Positions 35,301 to 49,660 of a stretch of 64,000 bases of DNA are shown here, in pieces. The number at the start of each line of letters is the position of its first letter. The first letter of the stretch is position 1. The DNA comes from Monocercomonoides exilis PA203. Lineage: Eukaryota; Protista; Preaxostyla. The stretch spans positions 1,922,001-1,986,000 of the forward strand of contig LSRY02000006.1 of NCBI GenBank assembly GCA_001643675.2. The letters are read 5' to 3'. The notes beneath the pieces were generated by a model. It did not search any database. It had not been told where the DNA came from and was given only the letters and a program-made list of their open reading frames with translations. The position numbers and the translations under genes are program-made.

Positions 35301-38300
35301 AAGGTGAAGAGGCATCGAAGACAGACTTCATGTCGAACGGTGGTGGGTCGCTGAAGAACGAGCCGAGATATTCCTCCACAATCATCTGAGTTCCGAAGAT
35401 GACTCTTTCTTCTCTCAAACACCGGACAATTAGAAGCCGTTGGAAGATGTTCAAACAAGAGCACCAGGGCTCAGGCATCCGCGCTTCCTCAGGTTTCTCT
35501 TCGGCAATCCACTGCTCCCACTCTGCCCGAGCTGAATCTGAGAGTGAGTACGAAATCCCTTCGAAAGGTTTGGTCTCCTCCATTTCTATGGCAGGAGAAG
35601 GCGAGGCAGATGAACTTGTTTGCGAGCGTTCTGTTTGGTTAAACACCAACTTTGGCTTCATAACCTTGATTTTTTCAAGAGCCAGAATCAGTTCCCATTG
35701 CGACTCCTTCAAATAAGAGGGTCTTTCAAGCCTGAACTCTGAGAAGTGCATGTCTGAATCGAAATTGTTATATTCACCTTCATCTTCACTACCAGTGGCA
35801 CTGTCGTTTTCGTCATCGCTGTTATCGCCGTCACTATGCTTGTGCTTCCTTTTTGTGTTTCCTGCAGTAGAACTTGGCTGAGTCGATACAATTGCTGCTT
35901 TACCTAATAAGAATAAACGCCATTCTGACATTGATATTACACCGCGTTCACGGCATATTTCAGAGGCAATCAAGAAAGAGAATATTTGCTTATCTCTTTC
36001 AAACAGACCACGACACACATTCGCGAACACGGTTTTTGTTATCACATCCACAAGAAGCGCTACATGCTTCTGTGTCATTGCAGATGTGGGCTGTTGACCT
36101 TCGGGCAATACTGGCTTTTGAGACTGAGCATCTTTAATACAGCGCGAAAAGAGGTTTGTAAAGAATGACAAAGAGAATTGATACATAGGATCAGCATTTG
36201 CCATGCTGGCCACAACGAAGTAGATAAGCGAGCCACGCTGAGAAACAGCTCTGTATTCATCACGGGCCCTGTTGATAAGTTCTGTCGTTTCTGAAGTCTT
36301 CTGCGCACGCACTTTGATCTCAGCTGATATGTCTCGCGACTTGTCGAGTGCTTCAATAACATCTTCGCTATCCAAAATAGATCCACTTACAGAAGAAAGC
36401 AACGTCAAAATGTTGTCTTCAACTTTGTTCATATCATCTGCATCTTTCGCTGCCTGCAATATGAGTGTATCTCTTTGAGATTCCAAATCAGGTCGCTCAA
36501 TTCGAACAGTCTCACCCAGCAATTGTTCTGCCAAACCTGATGGAGTCACTGTGAAGTTAATGATAGTCATTGCAATGGAAATCTCAGGCGAATAATGTGG
36601 ATTTGGCAGTGTAGTTGTTACGTGAAGCGAAAAGTCTTCAGAATAATCCACATCCTGATCTCCAATTCGAATAGTTATTCTTGTTCCCACACGTGTGATG
36701 TTCTTGCCAAGGATAGGTGTTAATGCAGGATCGAATGTCTCACCTGCATTTTCCAGCAGCACAGGCACACCAACTCTGACGCTGTTTTCCATCGTTCGCA
36801 TAAGCGTGGCATCATGTGGCTTTACAATTTTTATTTTTTTCTCCTTCCAAATGTTCTTAATCCACCTATTTGCTTGGTTCTGTGGATCGATCATCAAACA
36901 CCATCGACGAGATCTTGTTGCAATGATGGCATTTGCAATAGACAACGAGTCTGATGGAAGTCCTGCCAATCTCCACGAACGGATCTGTATTGGATTGCCA
37001 AGTGCGTCTGACAGAGAGAATTCTTTCTCTTCCTGAACAGGAATTCCCAGTTTGGCAATGTGTGCAATCCATTGCTTTGTTAAGCTCTTCCGATACTCCG
37101 AAGTGAAAGGTCCCAAATATGTAACATACCCAGTGGCTATCAGAGCATCTCCAAACAGAGTTGCACGTGAAGCTTCCAGTTCAGCCACCGTTTCTGTCCA
37201 TCGCTTGTATTCATTGCTCAACCCACCAACCAACTTCTCTGCTCGATTCAGTTTCAGTTTCGTTGCTTCAATTTCTTCTTCAATTGTCGCCTTCTTTCTG
37301 ACAGATGCATCGTACCTGTTCTTAAGCATTGCCATCTTATCTTCAACTTCTTGCAGCTCCGCCTTCTTTTCTGCAAGCTTCTGCTGCATAATCGCCAGCT
37401 TTTCTTTCGACTCCTTGACTTTGACTTTCTTTGGTTCCACTTCCCGAGCCACTTCGCTGTAGTCATAAAGCGCACAGACCCATGCACACAAGGACTTTGC
37501 TGCTTTTGATACAGAACCAACAACCTCAGGCTGAAACTTTGGTGAGCTGATGTACGTCTTTTTCAACTGGGCTTTGAGCTTATCGTCCAAACCATCTTTG
37601 TCATAATCAGATAACTTTGATAAGAATTCAGCATTCATCATCTTCTTCGCAGCTTCCCATGTTTGTGGTTGGTGGAAAAGAAGGCACACGGCCTGAAGCA
37701 CAAACATAACCAAGTCTGGAGGACGAACAAAGGACTTGACTTCTGTGATATCTGCTTTGTCCAAAGACTCCACTGCTTTGATTGCTGCACGATATTTGGG
37801 CAGAGCACGATCAAGATCATTCTGTGCATCTTGTGCCAGTGCCTCAGCTTCGGCTGCAGATTGCGACACGACAGCCTCTTCAGCCTCAACAACAGTCTTT
37901 TTAGCTTCCACTTCTTTTTGCTGTTCTGTCAGCTCTCCCATCAATGCAACAGTATCCTTTTGGCTCTGCTCCAATTGCGGTTGAATGGCGGTAAGCTTCT
38001 GCTGCATTTCTGCGACTTCTTCGTTTGTAGAAACAAGAGTCTTCAGACCATTCGACAATTTTGAATGACGCTGTGCAATTGATTGGTCCATTTCTCTCAA
38101 AATACCCTCATATGATTCCAGCAATTCAAGATAGCTTGTTGGAGTTGTGTAGTTGTGTCGTTTAAGTTCTCTAAGATATCGATCTGAAGCCTTTTCCACT
38201 GAAACATGAATATACACACAAGCTTGCGCCATTGCTTCTGTATATTTAGAATCAACAGTCCAGTTAACTGTGCGACGACGTGCAACCTGCAGAAGTGCAT

Positions 38301-41300
38301 GTGCAGGCCACGGGTCGTACCAATCCATTGTGCAACAGTTGACAAGTGATGGGAACTGCCTCAGACGAGACCTAAACTCACGAGAAGACGGAGACATGCA
38401 CAGCACAACATGCAAGTTTGATCTTATTAACGAAGTAAAATGTTGCATAACATCATCTCTTCCCTGTCCTTTTCCTGCTTCTTTGGCAGATTGACGAAGG
38501 TTATCAACTATCTGGTCAATTTCATCTGGTGCCCAGATATTTGGTATATCTCCCACATTCAGCAAGTTGTTGATGTCCTCCAAAAACGACTCTTTAACAA
38601 GTTGATTATCTGACAGATAAAGCACACATTGCTGAGCCTTTTCTCCTGAAATTCTCAATGAGCGCTTCAAATCCTCTCTAAACTCAGCCTGCCCGTAATT
38701 CTTACTGACCTCCACAGTCTCAAACTTACAGCCAGCAATGTGCGTTGCCAAGCGAATCAAAGACTGACGCCCTGAACCTCCAAGTCCAACAACAAGTGCA
38801 TTTCCTCTTGGCATTCTGATAATACGAGAAATACGTGCAAGATGACGCACAGCATCATCGAACAATACCAAATTCATTCTGCGAAGATTTGAAAGGTTGT
38901 AATCTTCCAAATGATCATTGAGAATGCCAGACAGTTTTGTATTGAGCTCTGTCTCGTGATAAATACGCGGCTGGCCAGGCCGTTCTGGGAAATCAGTAAA
39001 CACAATGGAAGATGGATTGCTAACACTCACACATTCCTCCAGTGGCTGTTCTGGTTCTGTGAAGTGATTCAGCACGACTTCATTCATCACTTCATCAAAT
39101 GCAGTTCTGTCCGTATTGTCTATCAGACGGTCGCGGAACACTCTGCAGCCTTCATGCACCCACAATCTGACAAGACTCTCAGAGGAAGCAAAACACACAG
39201 GAGAGGCATGCAACACACCAGACACAAGAGAAGAAGCATCACGAAGGTTGAATGTATAGTGACTTCTGGATGGGGTAGGCAAGAATGTTGAGGATACCTT
39301 TGAATAAAGAGCAACAGTAGCTTCAACAAGTGGTAAAGCAAGCTGCTGCACAATTTGTGAAAGTGCTGGCTTCTGGTTTGACAGAAATCCACTTGTGATT
39401 GCTGAAAAGATGGAAGTCATTGCAATCTTTCCGACATGAGGCATTCCGATCGTGTGGAACCTGCGAGTGAGACGTTGTGTCATTTCATTCCTTCCTCCAC
39501 CTGGTGGGCCACAAGCAGCAATAAACATCGTATCTGCAAGATGAATGAACGTAAGCTTCTTTCGATCATACATTCCGTTTTGGTCAATACACTGTCTTAG
39601 AAGTTCAATAGGTGGTTGGGCAAAGTACACTTCGGGAGTTGGAGTGTTCAAGTCATCCACAAACACGATACCTTGCTTTCCGACTGGGGGGCCAATGAGA
39701 TTTGAACGCCGATGGGTCAGTCTTCCTTCCAACACTTCTTGTGTTCCTTTGGCTTTTGTTTGAGCGCTGAAGTTAACCTGGAACGACAATGATCTCTCTT
39801 GAATATCAGGCAAATGGAGAAAGTCATTAACAACAATTGTTTTTCCTGTTCCTGTTCCTCCTGTTACAAGAACATTCATCTTTGCTTTAACCAGCAGATC
39901 CAACAGTGTTGTTGTTGCAACTGTATCTGTTGTCTGAACAACAATCTCTTCATAAGGTTGATTTGGATTGTACACAAACTGTGGAACTCTCTGCGACCAC
40001 TTTTCCCATGTTCCCGTTGAATCATTTACTGCAACATCAAATACGCCGACACCTCTTGGGAAGGTGATCCCAACAAGAATCGCCATAAACTGTTCAGACG
40101 TCATGAACTCAGCTGCTGCACGTTGCTTCTGCCTGCTCTTGGATCGACGTTCTGTCGATGCTGACGATGCAGATCCAGGAGCTTCAGAATAATCTCCACT
40201 TTCATAAGCAAGCCCATCATAGCTTCTTCCTTCATCTTCTTCATCTGAATCACTTCCTCCAAAGTTCAATGTGATTAATCCTAATAGAAAGTCATTGAAC
40301 TTTGGTTTGCTTTGGTCATCAAGAGAAGATCCGAATGTCCAAATTAAACAAAATACGAATTGCTTGCATGCCATGTTGAATGGATATTGATCGTCATAAA
40401 ACTTCTTATCAAACAACGTTGAGCCAGGTGCAGGCGGATAAAGCATGTGAGTTGGTGGAGGCTTCCCGACAACAAGTTGTTCTTGCGGTTGACCCGCTCC
40501 ACTTCCTGATGCATCTTGATTTTGCCCTTGAATAGAATCTCTCAAGTCATGTTGTGCGTTCTGTGCAGCTCCAGATGGAGTCGCAGAACCACTCTGAGAT
40601 TGCTTTGATACTTTCTTGCGTTTTCTTCCGCCTCCTCCAGCACTTCCACTGGCCAAGTTAGCCTGCGAGCCAACAGGAGCCTGCTTTGAAGGATGGGCAT
40701 TTGCATACATTTCAGCAAGTGAAGTGAAAAGATTGAGGAGAGATGAGACAAGTGTGGCTGAAGTGTTTGGAATGAACTCGCTCAGACTTGGTCCTCCAGT
40801 TCCGCTGGCTGAAGCAGCAGTAGATGAAGAGCCTGCTGTGAATTCTGATTTTCTGAGGAACTTCAAAGTTGGCTCGATAAGGAACGTGATGGCACTCTGA
40901 GTGAACTGTTCAAGATGAGGAAACGCCCGCGTGAATTGCTGTGCCCACGACTCTGCCATCTGCCTCCAGCCCATTTGCTGTCTTTCCAAGTAAATCATAC
41001 CACATCTGGAAACTGTGGCAGGTGATGCCACACGCAGATCAGCCACTTCAAACAGCATTGTCATGTTGTTGGTAAGCTTGATACGATCTCCATTTGACAA
41101 GCACAGGATTTTGTTATCATCAAGCACAGAGTTCATTGATTCAATCCAGATGGCATCGACTGGTCCATCAAATATCAGAATTTCACGAGGAATAGGCGGC
41201 TGAGGCTGGCCAGTCGCAGCAAGTGCCTGTGCCTGCTCGGCAATGCTGCTCTTTGAACGCTCAATCATTTCTTTGACATAATACGGAACCAACCCATCGA

Positions 41301-44300
41301 ACCATTCTCTGGTAACTTCATTGAATTGCCCGTACAACTCACCCATTGTAACTGCCTTTGGATTCAAGGTTGTGGTTTTTATCAGTCCGAAGCCAACAGG
41401 AATTTGCCCGTTCTGTGCCATGTCGTAAAGATCGCTCATAGCATTGCACAAAGCTCGCAAGCATGTCGTCTTTCCAACACCTGTTTCTCCAACAAGCATC
41501 ACGCCATGCCGAACCTCCATGGTTTCGTAGAGTTGAATAGATTTCAGCATAAATTGAGGAGCTGGCTGCAATCCTTGAACAACAAGAGAATTTTTCAGTG
41601 ATTGCTGAAGTGATGCATGCTCAATAGGTGGAATTGTAACACCCGGAAACAGATCCTTAATGATATTCATAAACAGAGGAACATCCTCTGAAAGGAATTT
41701 TGGTGTGTTCGTGTCTCGAAGCGCACGAATAAGCACAATATCTTCGCTCAATGTGTCGTACTTTCTCTTCAATGAACCAGCCATCACAAGAACAGATTTC
41801 ACAGCTCTCATACCAAAATCGTAATGATCTTGTTGTGACAGCTGCTCTGAAGAAAGTTTGTACAGTTGTGTCATTTTAGATGCCAAGTCTTTGGCAGTCT
41901 GGAATCCTTCAGAGAAAAGCATAATTTCAGCAATAAGCGCATAATCAGGGATCATCATAGCCACAGGGCGGAACAGTGCTTTGAGGTTATCAGGAAGCTC
42001 TGTTCTTCCTGCATATCCAGGATTCATTGTGATGAAGAAGCCACAGTTTGGATTGAGTTTGATGTTGTTCCCTTCAAACTCGAAGAATGAAACACGCGAT
42101 CTCACAGCATCCAAGATAGTTAACAGCTGCTGTGCAATGACAGACAACACCTCAATATCAATTCGATTGAATTCATCAAAGCAAGCCCATGCACCAGCTT
42201 GAACAAGACCCGAGAAGAATCTGCCCATTGTCCCCACATCAAGCTGATCTGAGCAATTGAATACAACACATTGTCTGGCCAATGCCTTTGCCAAATCTTT
42301 TGTTGTTTCCGTCTTTCCTGTTCCAGCAGGGCCAGCAGGATTGCCTCCAAGATGAAGATGCAGCGAAAGGGTGAGAGTTATGTAGCATCGATCAGTCAAA
42401 GGTGTGATTACAAGACGAGGTGAGTTGCCCAAATACTCGTAGCCATAAATGAATGACGTTGATGTCTGCTTCACAATGCACTCATTCTGTTCTGTATCCC
42501 ATTCATATCGAAGATTCTTGATCCAGTCAAATTCTTCTGGAGAGCTTGTCTTTTGTTTCACCATTTCAGCAACAATATCACGTGCATGTACATCCACCAC
42601 AATCAAAGTGTTAACTGTTGCTCTTTGAAGAGGCTCCAGATTTCCTCTCACAAGATTCACAGAGTCCGATAAATCCTTCTTGTTTTTCTCCAAAAACTCT
42701 TCCATTGCATTCGGATTTGCTCCTGTTGCTATCTGATCCAGCGCCTCCATTGCGCCTGCTGTCCACATAATTTGATCCACAGCAAGAATAGCTTGCGCTG
42801 GGAATCTGAAGACCCACTCAGTACGCTCCATTTCGTGGAATCCTTGGAGAGCAAGGCGGATCTGATCCTTGACAGTCGTCCTCATCACTGCCTCGAAGTT
42901 GAGAAGCCATGTTTCGACAGGCATTCGCGTAGAAACAGGATCTGTGAGCTCAACCATTTCATTCTCAATAGACACCATCGTTGTTACGAAATCAGGGCGG
43001 TTGCGTTCTCCTTGAGGAGACTGACTTTGCCCAGGAACAGGTGTGCTGGAAGGAGAAGGCGATATGCTTTCACTTTCTTTGCCTTCTGCTGCTTCTTTCA
43101 AAGCTTGTTCTGAAATGAACATCAGACTGTTGATAGAGTCGAAGCATTTGCTCATAAATGGCTGAACAGCACGAGCATCTGCTGTTTGTGCAAGAATCTG
43201 CAGCAACTCGTCATTTGACAAGAAATAGAAACGCGGGAATTTGACACGCTTTGTTTCGAGATAGTCTTCCAGACGCTTTTGTACTTCATCCAGCATCTTG
43301 TTATTCTTTTGCATTATCTCAATGATACTCGGAATTTCCAAGCAATCTGTGCACTTTGGATTGGCATGCGCCTGATTCATCACATCTTTCCATGATTTGT
43401 CAATTTCATCGAATTTTTCTGCTTCAGCAGGAAGTTGGCGTACAATATCAGGCTGTGAAAAGATAGCGCTTAAATACATCCACCCTCTTTGGCACTTGAC
43501 CCACTCATCCATCAACTCTTGAAGTGACTGGAGTTTCTTGTCCCATCCTTCGATTTCTGTTCGAATTCCAACAACAAAACGAGACGCGAGCATCGTCTGC
43601 AACAACGCCTGATGATCTTCCAATTGCTCTGTAATCTCGTCTATTGGACCCAATATGTAAGTTGAACCTGATTTGTGGTTCTTGATCTCAAATGCCATTG
43701 TATCCCAGATGGTCACAATCTTCTTAAGCTGCGATTCTAATGCATACTCTCCATTGGCAGTAGCAGAAATATCAAATATCTGATTCTTGTATTGAAGCAC
43801 ATTGAGTGAAAGGAACTGAGACAAGGTCATTCCTTGAGACCATTGCTTGCCCATCAATGAGAACAGCTTTTTCCAATGCCTTGGCTTCATTGCCTCAATA
43901 CACAATGCAGTCAGAATAGGTACAAATGGTTTGAACTCGTCAATAAGCTCTCTGAGATGCTTCACCACTTTGTCTTCTGGATCAGTTTTCTCCATCAGCC
44001 CAACCTCTCTTGTTGCGCTCTGCACAGTCAGCTCCACATTCTCTGCATCCAGCTCAGTCAGCGTGGTTCCTCTCCATTTGGCACTTTCAGTCAAAAAGTT
44101 CTGCAGCAGGCTCCACACGCCATGCCTGTGCTCAAAGCGGGACACACACCGCTGCACATTCGGATAGGGAATTTCATCAAGTTTGATGATAAGTCGATAG
44201 CTTTCCAACGTCTCCTGGCGTTCTTTGTAACCATTCACAATGTTCGATACAACATCCAATCTCTGCAGTGCTGCCTGTGGATCTCCTGTCTCATCCACAA

Positions 44301-47300
44301 GGATACCAGACCCAAGATCAGTGAATGTCTGCACTGTGTCTGATTCGAGTTTCGCTGCTTCTTTATGCAATGCACCAACCATTCTGTTGTGCTGTGCTTC
44401 TTTGTATTCCTGTGATTTTCCAAGTGTCTGCTGGAATTCAGTCTGAGAATCGTGTGTCTGAGACAATGCCATGATCTCTTCGAGAGAAAGCTTGATTCCT
44501 TGTTCTTCTGCAAGCACTTTCATCTCATCAAGCGCATTGACTTCTGTCTGAAGGCGCGAATGATGGTCGCCCATTGTGCTCAAAAGCACCACAAATTCAG
44601 TGTAATCACTCAGATTGTGTGGTAGATTCGCCATTTTGCTTGTCAATTCCTTGAATTCTCGTGTTGTGTTTGATGATATCTCTTCAAACAGCGCATGCAG
44701 ATGAGACTTGATCTGCTCGCTGCATTTTGCAGGGATGGGAGCAAGGAGCTGTTTCAGAGGCCGAGCATCCAATGTGAGGATGCCAGTGACACTTGAAATA
44801 TTAATCCTCATCACATCCGACATCCACTGCGACATCCTTCTCAGATCATTGCGCAGAACATTCACAGCCCGCACACGCTTCTGATAGTTGTCGAAGTCCC
44901 ACTTCAGTGAATACTCGAATATCCTTCCAAGAGGCATGAATCGTTCCAAGTACTTCTCTGCCTGGGCAAACGAGGTCTCCACAATCCGCTTCAGCTCCTG
45001 ACTGATTTCGTTGAACTGCTTGTCCGAGTTGATGATCGAGCGCAAATCCAAACCAGACGGAGCATTTTTCGGAAGCAGCGGGCGATGTGGTGTGATGTGC
45101 AGTGGCCGATCGACTGAACACATCAAATTGATGGCTTCGTCGATGGTTGTGTCGATCAACTCGAGCACTTCTTCTTTTGTGGGAGACAGTTTCATTTCGC
45201 ATCTGGTTAGTTTTATTTGATGTGTTGTTGCGTTTGCAAGTGAGCTGCTCGATGAAGATGCACTGGCTGAAGAATTTGCGCCAAGCCCAGCAGCTGTCCC
45301 TTTTCTTCCCCTCTTCCCTTTTCTTCCCTTTCCGCCTTTTCCTTTCTTTCCTTTATCCTTCCCTCTCTTTTTCTTCCTTTGGTCTCTTCTGGATGACAGC
45401 GAATTCAAAGATGTGACAGAAAGCCTCCTTTCTCTGGGATCACTTGAAGTATCATTTCCACGAGCAGCATCAGAGTCCCCTTGTCTGTCATCGGTATCAT
45501 CTCCATTTGTTTCTCTGTCGCTGCTGGCAGTGCGGCGTGTCGCATCACCAGAACTCAATCCTTCGTCGTCTTCATTGCTGTTCATAGGAGCTGTCTTGTT
45601 GTTAAAATATGACATTGCCTCCTGGACACTACCTTCGCTGTCTTCGTCATCTTCATTGTCTTCGTTGCCTTCATCACCTTCATCACCATCATCTCCTTCA
45701 TCGGCAGATCCACTTTCATTGCTGTCTTCATCACCATCCTCGTCATCTTCGTCATTTTCTATGTCGAATGGATCTAATTCCAGCTCACCATCATACATGT
45801 CTTCATCATCTTCTTCTTCCTCATCCTCTTCATCTGGATCTCTCTCTTTCTCCACAAACTGGAATGTGATCACAAAGACTGATCCTTTTGACTTTTGAAA
45901 TGCTTGGCAAACCGACAGCATCAGCTTTCCGCTTTGAATCATCGTTCTGAACATCATTTCCACACACAAATAGTCCAGCAGCCCAATAAACCGTCCCAGC
46001 ATCTGTTCTTGTTGCTTTGCTAGTCGTATGGCCTGCTGCTTTGCGATCTTTTCTCTCTTTTCTGCAGCCATTGACTTCGCCAGCGCCTGTGAGCGGATGA
46101 TCCCTGCCAACGCAGCGTCTGCCATGTCATCCTCAGTCATCTGCCCTTGATCAGGCGCATAAGCTCGTTGGAGGATGTCAGTCACCAGATGCGCAACTGT
46201 CTGTGCCATCCCTGCAGATGCTGCTGTTGTTGCCTCTTTTGTGGCTGCTCTGCACTGTCCTTGGTAGGATATGAACTCTGCTGGGTCAAACGCCTGCTTT
46301 CTCTCAATGTCGAGTTTGAATGGCGGAGTGTCAACAACTTTGCGATACAGCGCGCCAAGAGACATCAGAGCAGAGCAGAAGCAGTTGTGTGCAAAGAACA
46401 GCTGAGACTCAATTGTTGCGCGATGATTACAATAAATCTGGTAGCGTACTTCGCGACGCCACGTGAAGAACGACTTGACCAGACGGAAGTTGCGGAAGAA
46501 AGTGAGCTTTCGAATGGCTGAATAGAAAGTGGATTCTTGCACAAAGCGAGATATAGTCATCGCTTCACACGTTTCTCCATCATCTGTATTCAAACTATCA
46601 GTTGAGCTTCCCTTTTCGCTCTTTGAAGAAGTTGTTTTTTCTCCGTTTGCACCAACACTCACAGGAGCACGAATAATCACTCCGTTTGGAGCCACACGCA
46701 CCGTGCCTGGTCTGACAGTTGCGTCTCTTGTGGTGGCTGATTTGTCACGCACTGTGCCAAGCACACCTCCAGCTGCCACTGTTGCTGATGCAGCAGCCAT
46801 CGCCTCTTCTCTCTGCCTTCGCTGCTCCTCTTGCTGCGCAACCTGCATTCGAACTTTCCTCGACGGCATCACATGTACAACACCCGACACAGAGAAGATG
46901 TAGTATTCAGGGTCAACTTCTTCTCGTGGCACCACAATCAAATCATATGGGTTGATGTCTTCATCTCTGCTTTTTCCTCTCTTGTTGATGTTCATATACA
47001 CAAACTTCAGCGGATCCGCTTTTCCAGACCCAGCAAAGTACGTCAGCACATCTTGAACGGTGCGAAGTGTGCTTGCTGCCTGGGCATCCGGAGTAGGCTG
47101 AAGATGCACTGATGCCGTGCGAGGTGCCAGCGAAGCAGCAACAGACGAAACAGCAAAGCTGCTGCCTGCTGTTGCAGTCCTGCCAGCTGCGGCAGCTGTA
47201 TTTATGCGAGAATACTGTGGCTGCGACGACTGGCTGAACTGATCTTTGGGCATTCCACGGACAGACACAGCTGTTCCGTTCCCTCTTTTCGAGTCATAGT

Positions 47301-49318
47301 TAGATCTGTTCATAGTCTGCGATGCCTCAGAAGAAGCAGACTGAAGAGGCCTGTTCATCGTGCTGCTAGGTGTGCCAATGGAGCGGGCGCTGTTTGGTGA
47401 GAAACTGGACATTCCGCCAGTGCTGTTATAACTTCTGATGCGCCGATGAGAAGACGATGCAGTGGAAGGAGGAACGGTGACGGGAGGTGGAAATGAAGGA
47501 AGTGATGCAATTGTCCTTTCAGCAAGACCAGTTGTAGTGAAGGGCTCCAAGTGGAGACGAGAAGCACCAGATTGCTTCACTCCTTGCGCTGCAGCTGCAG
47601 CTGGCTGAGATGTCGCAGATGTATACGAAGGAGACAATGAGCGGTGAGTGCGCTGAGAAGAAGCAGCTGTCATTGAAGGGCGAGAGGGAGTGAAGACACC
47701 TGGTCTGACAACAGACTGCCGAGATCCAGAAGGTCGAACGTTGAGATGCGATGGAAGTGTAAGTCTCTTTCGCTGAGCAGCCGAGCGTCCGCGCTCGTTC
47801 AATGTGCCTCCTTCGAATCCTCTGCTCACTGTTCTCCCAGAGACATTATTCGACTCATAATTCTCTCCTCCTTGATCGAACTCTACAATCGGCTGCAATC
47901 CTGCACGTCCGACTGTGCCATCAAGTCCTAATGCACTTGGGCTTCCTCCCTCCACAACCTCTCCTTCGATAATGCCTCCCACTCCGAACTCTCCTCCCTC
48001 GTTTTCCTCATCTTCATCGTCGTCGACAAGAATAGTCATTCCCGAACGCTGCTGATGCCTCGTCTGTGAGAAGTGCATCAATCCTTCTGGATGCGACTTC
48101 TGCCACTTTCCACCTGCAGAACCTTTTATCATTCCAGCCTTCACTGGAAGCGCATACGGATCGAGCTGTGTCTCGTCAAATGAGATGAGTGATTTGATCT
48201 CTTCCGACTTAACACACGTTGAAGGTGCTCCTGCTCCTGTGCTTTGGGTTCGTCCGTCAGCTGTAAAAGCGCACAATCAAAAATTGACAAACAAAATAAA
48301 AGTTCCAATAAAATGAGTAATAATTACAAAAGATGCACATTCACACCTCCTACGCCAGGCCTTGATGGAACGGTTACTCGCCCACCAAATGCTATTCCCA
48401 TTGAGCCAGCAGATCCCAACCTCTTAGGAACACTTGGCTGAGGCACACTATTGTCTAATTTGCTCAAATTAAAACCTCCACCCGAAGAAGGAGATGATGA
48501 CTGGTGAAATGAACGCGAAATGGTAGATGAAGTTGCGGGATGTGAAGATGCACTTGAGGAAGGAGATGAAGGTGTCACAGATTCGACAAGCGCAGAGGGA
48601 GATGAGGTAGCTTTCATGCGATCACTCATCGCAGTACCTGGTTTTGAGTTGGCTATTTGAAGTGGACTCAAAATTTTGGGCTTTGATGCTCCTGCAGCTG
48701 GAGGTGGTACCATTGGCATTCTACTGAATGGAACTTGTGGTTGACGCGTTTCTCTCAAGCCTTTTTGAGGATATGAACTCATCTGATTGGAAGGAGAAGG
48801 AGCACGACCAACATGCGAAATGTTCGAAGAAACTCGTTGCTGACCAAAAGAAGGCGATGAACGTCTAATTGGTGGAAGACCATTTGACGATGAAGCTGGG
48901 CCCACTTCAGGGAAAAGTCGTTGTAGAATTGACGAAAGATTCAAATGCCTTGTAGCTTGATTCTTTGAAAGTAAATTATGTGCTCTTTGCACTGTTTCAC
49001 GCATCTAAAATATTGTAATAAAAAACGAAATTATGAATAAATTGAAATATACGAAATAAATCATCTAAAATCAAACATCTATCGATATTCCTTCTGAAAA
49101 ATAACCAGCCGGTATTTTTGATAATACATCTCTTAAAATTGTCCATCCTTCAACAGAATTTTCTCGAATCGCCTCAGTTATAAGTGCATGAATTTTCTTT
49201 TTTAATCAATAAAAAAGTATCATAAACAACATTTCACCATTCAAATAAACATCATCAATTATGCAAAAAAGCTAAAAAATAGGAAAAAAATTAAGAAGCA
49301 AACAGCTTCTTGATCCAT
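32314..49318 (-). CDS. Axonemal single-headed inner-arm dynein heavy chain, DNAH6-like (about 5586 aa); exons 49304-49318, 49251-49271, 49077-49196, 48347-49004, 32314-48260
   Basis: P-loops GPAGTGKTETTKDLAKALA, GETGVGKT, GGTGTGKT and GLGGSGRQ; FPRFYFLSNDELL; stalk/MTBD; C-terminal CPVYKT..RYGVLSTTGHSTNFI. The upstream exons join in phase through GT-AG introns of 32, 54, 72 and 86 nt. Subtype assignment is tentative. Confidence 0.95.
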
Positions 49319-49388
49319 GCTGAGGAGATCTAGGCTCTTCAACCGTTTTCAAAATGGACGAATGATAAATTATATGTCAAAAATGATC

Positions 49389-49390
<2 letters not shown>

Positions 49391-49451
<61 letters not shown>
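49391..49451. repeat. Poly(T) tract, 61 nt
   Basis: Direct count; lies between the Rab 3' end and the dynein start. Confidence 0.95.
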
Positions 49452-49660
49452 CGCGAAAGAAGAATTAAAATAACTTAGCGATTATTTATCCACGTAAAAA
49501 ACATGCATAAATAAGACACTCATGGCATTTATCTCTTGGAAAAATAATCTCTCTTTTAACGAAAAATACCAAAAAAAGTTAAAAAAAAAGAATACTGAGG
49601 TGTGAAAATATCATTTAGAGAAACAGATTGAAAGAGGAAGGTTTGCCGAAATTAACTCAA

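Noticed and set aside
32555-47931. Many 60-180 aa ORFs antisense to or nested in the dynein gene
   Set aside because: Expected shadow ORFs of a long coding exon, with no recognisable motifs.
29885-49318. CEP19 and dynein as a functional ciliary gene cluster
   Set aside because: Only two genes, on opposite strands and separated by an unrelated gene; proximity is plausibly chance in a flagellate genome.
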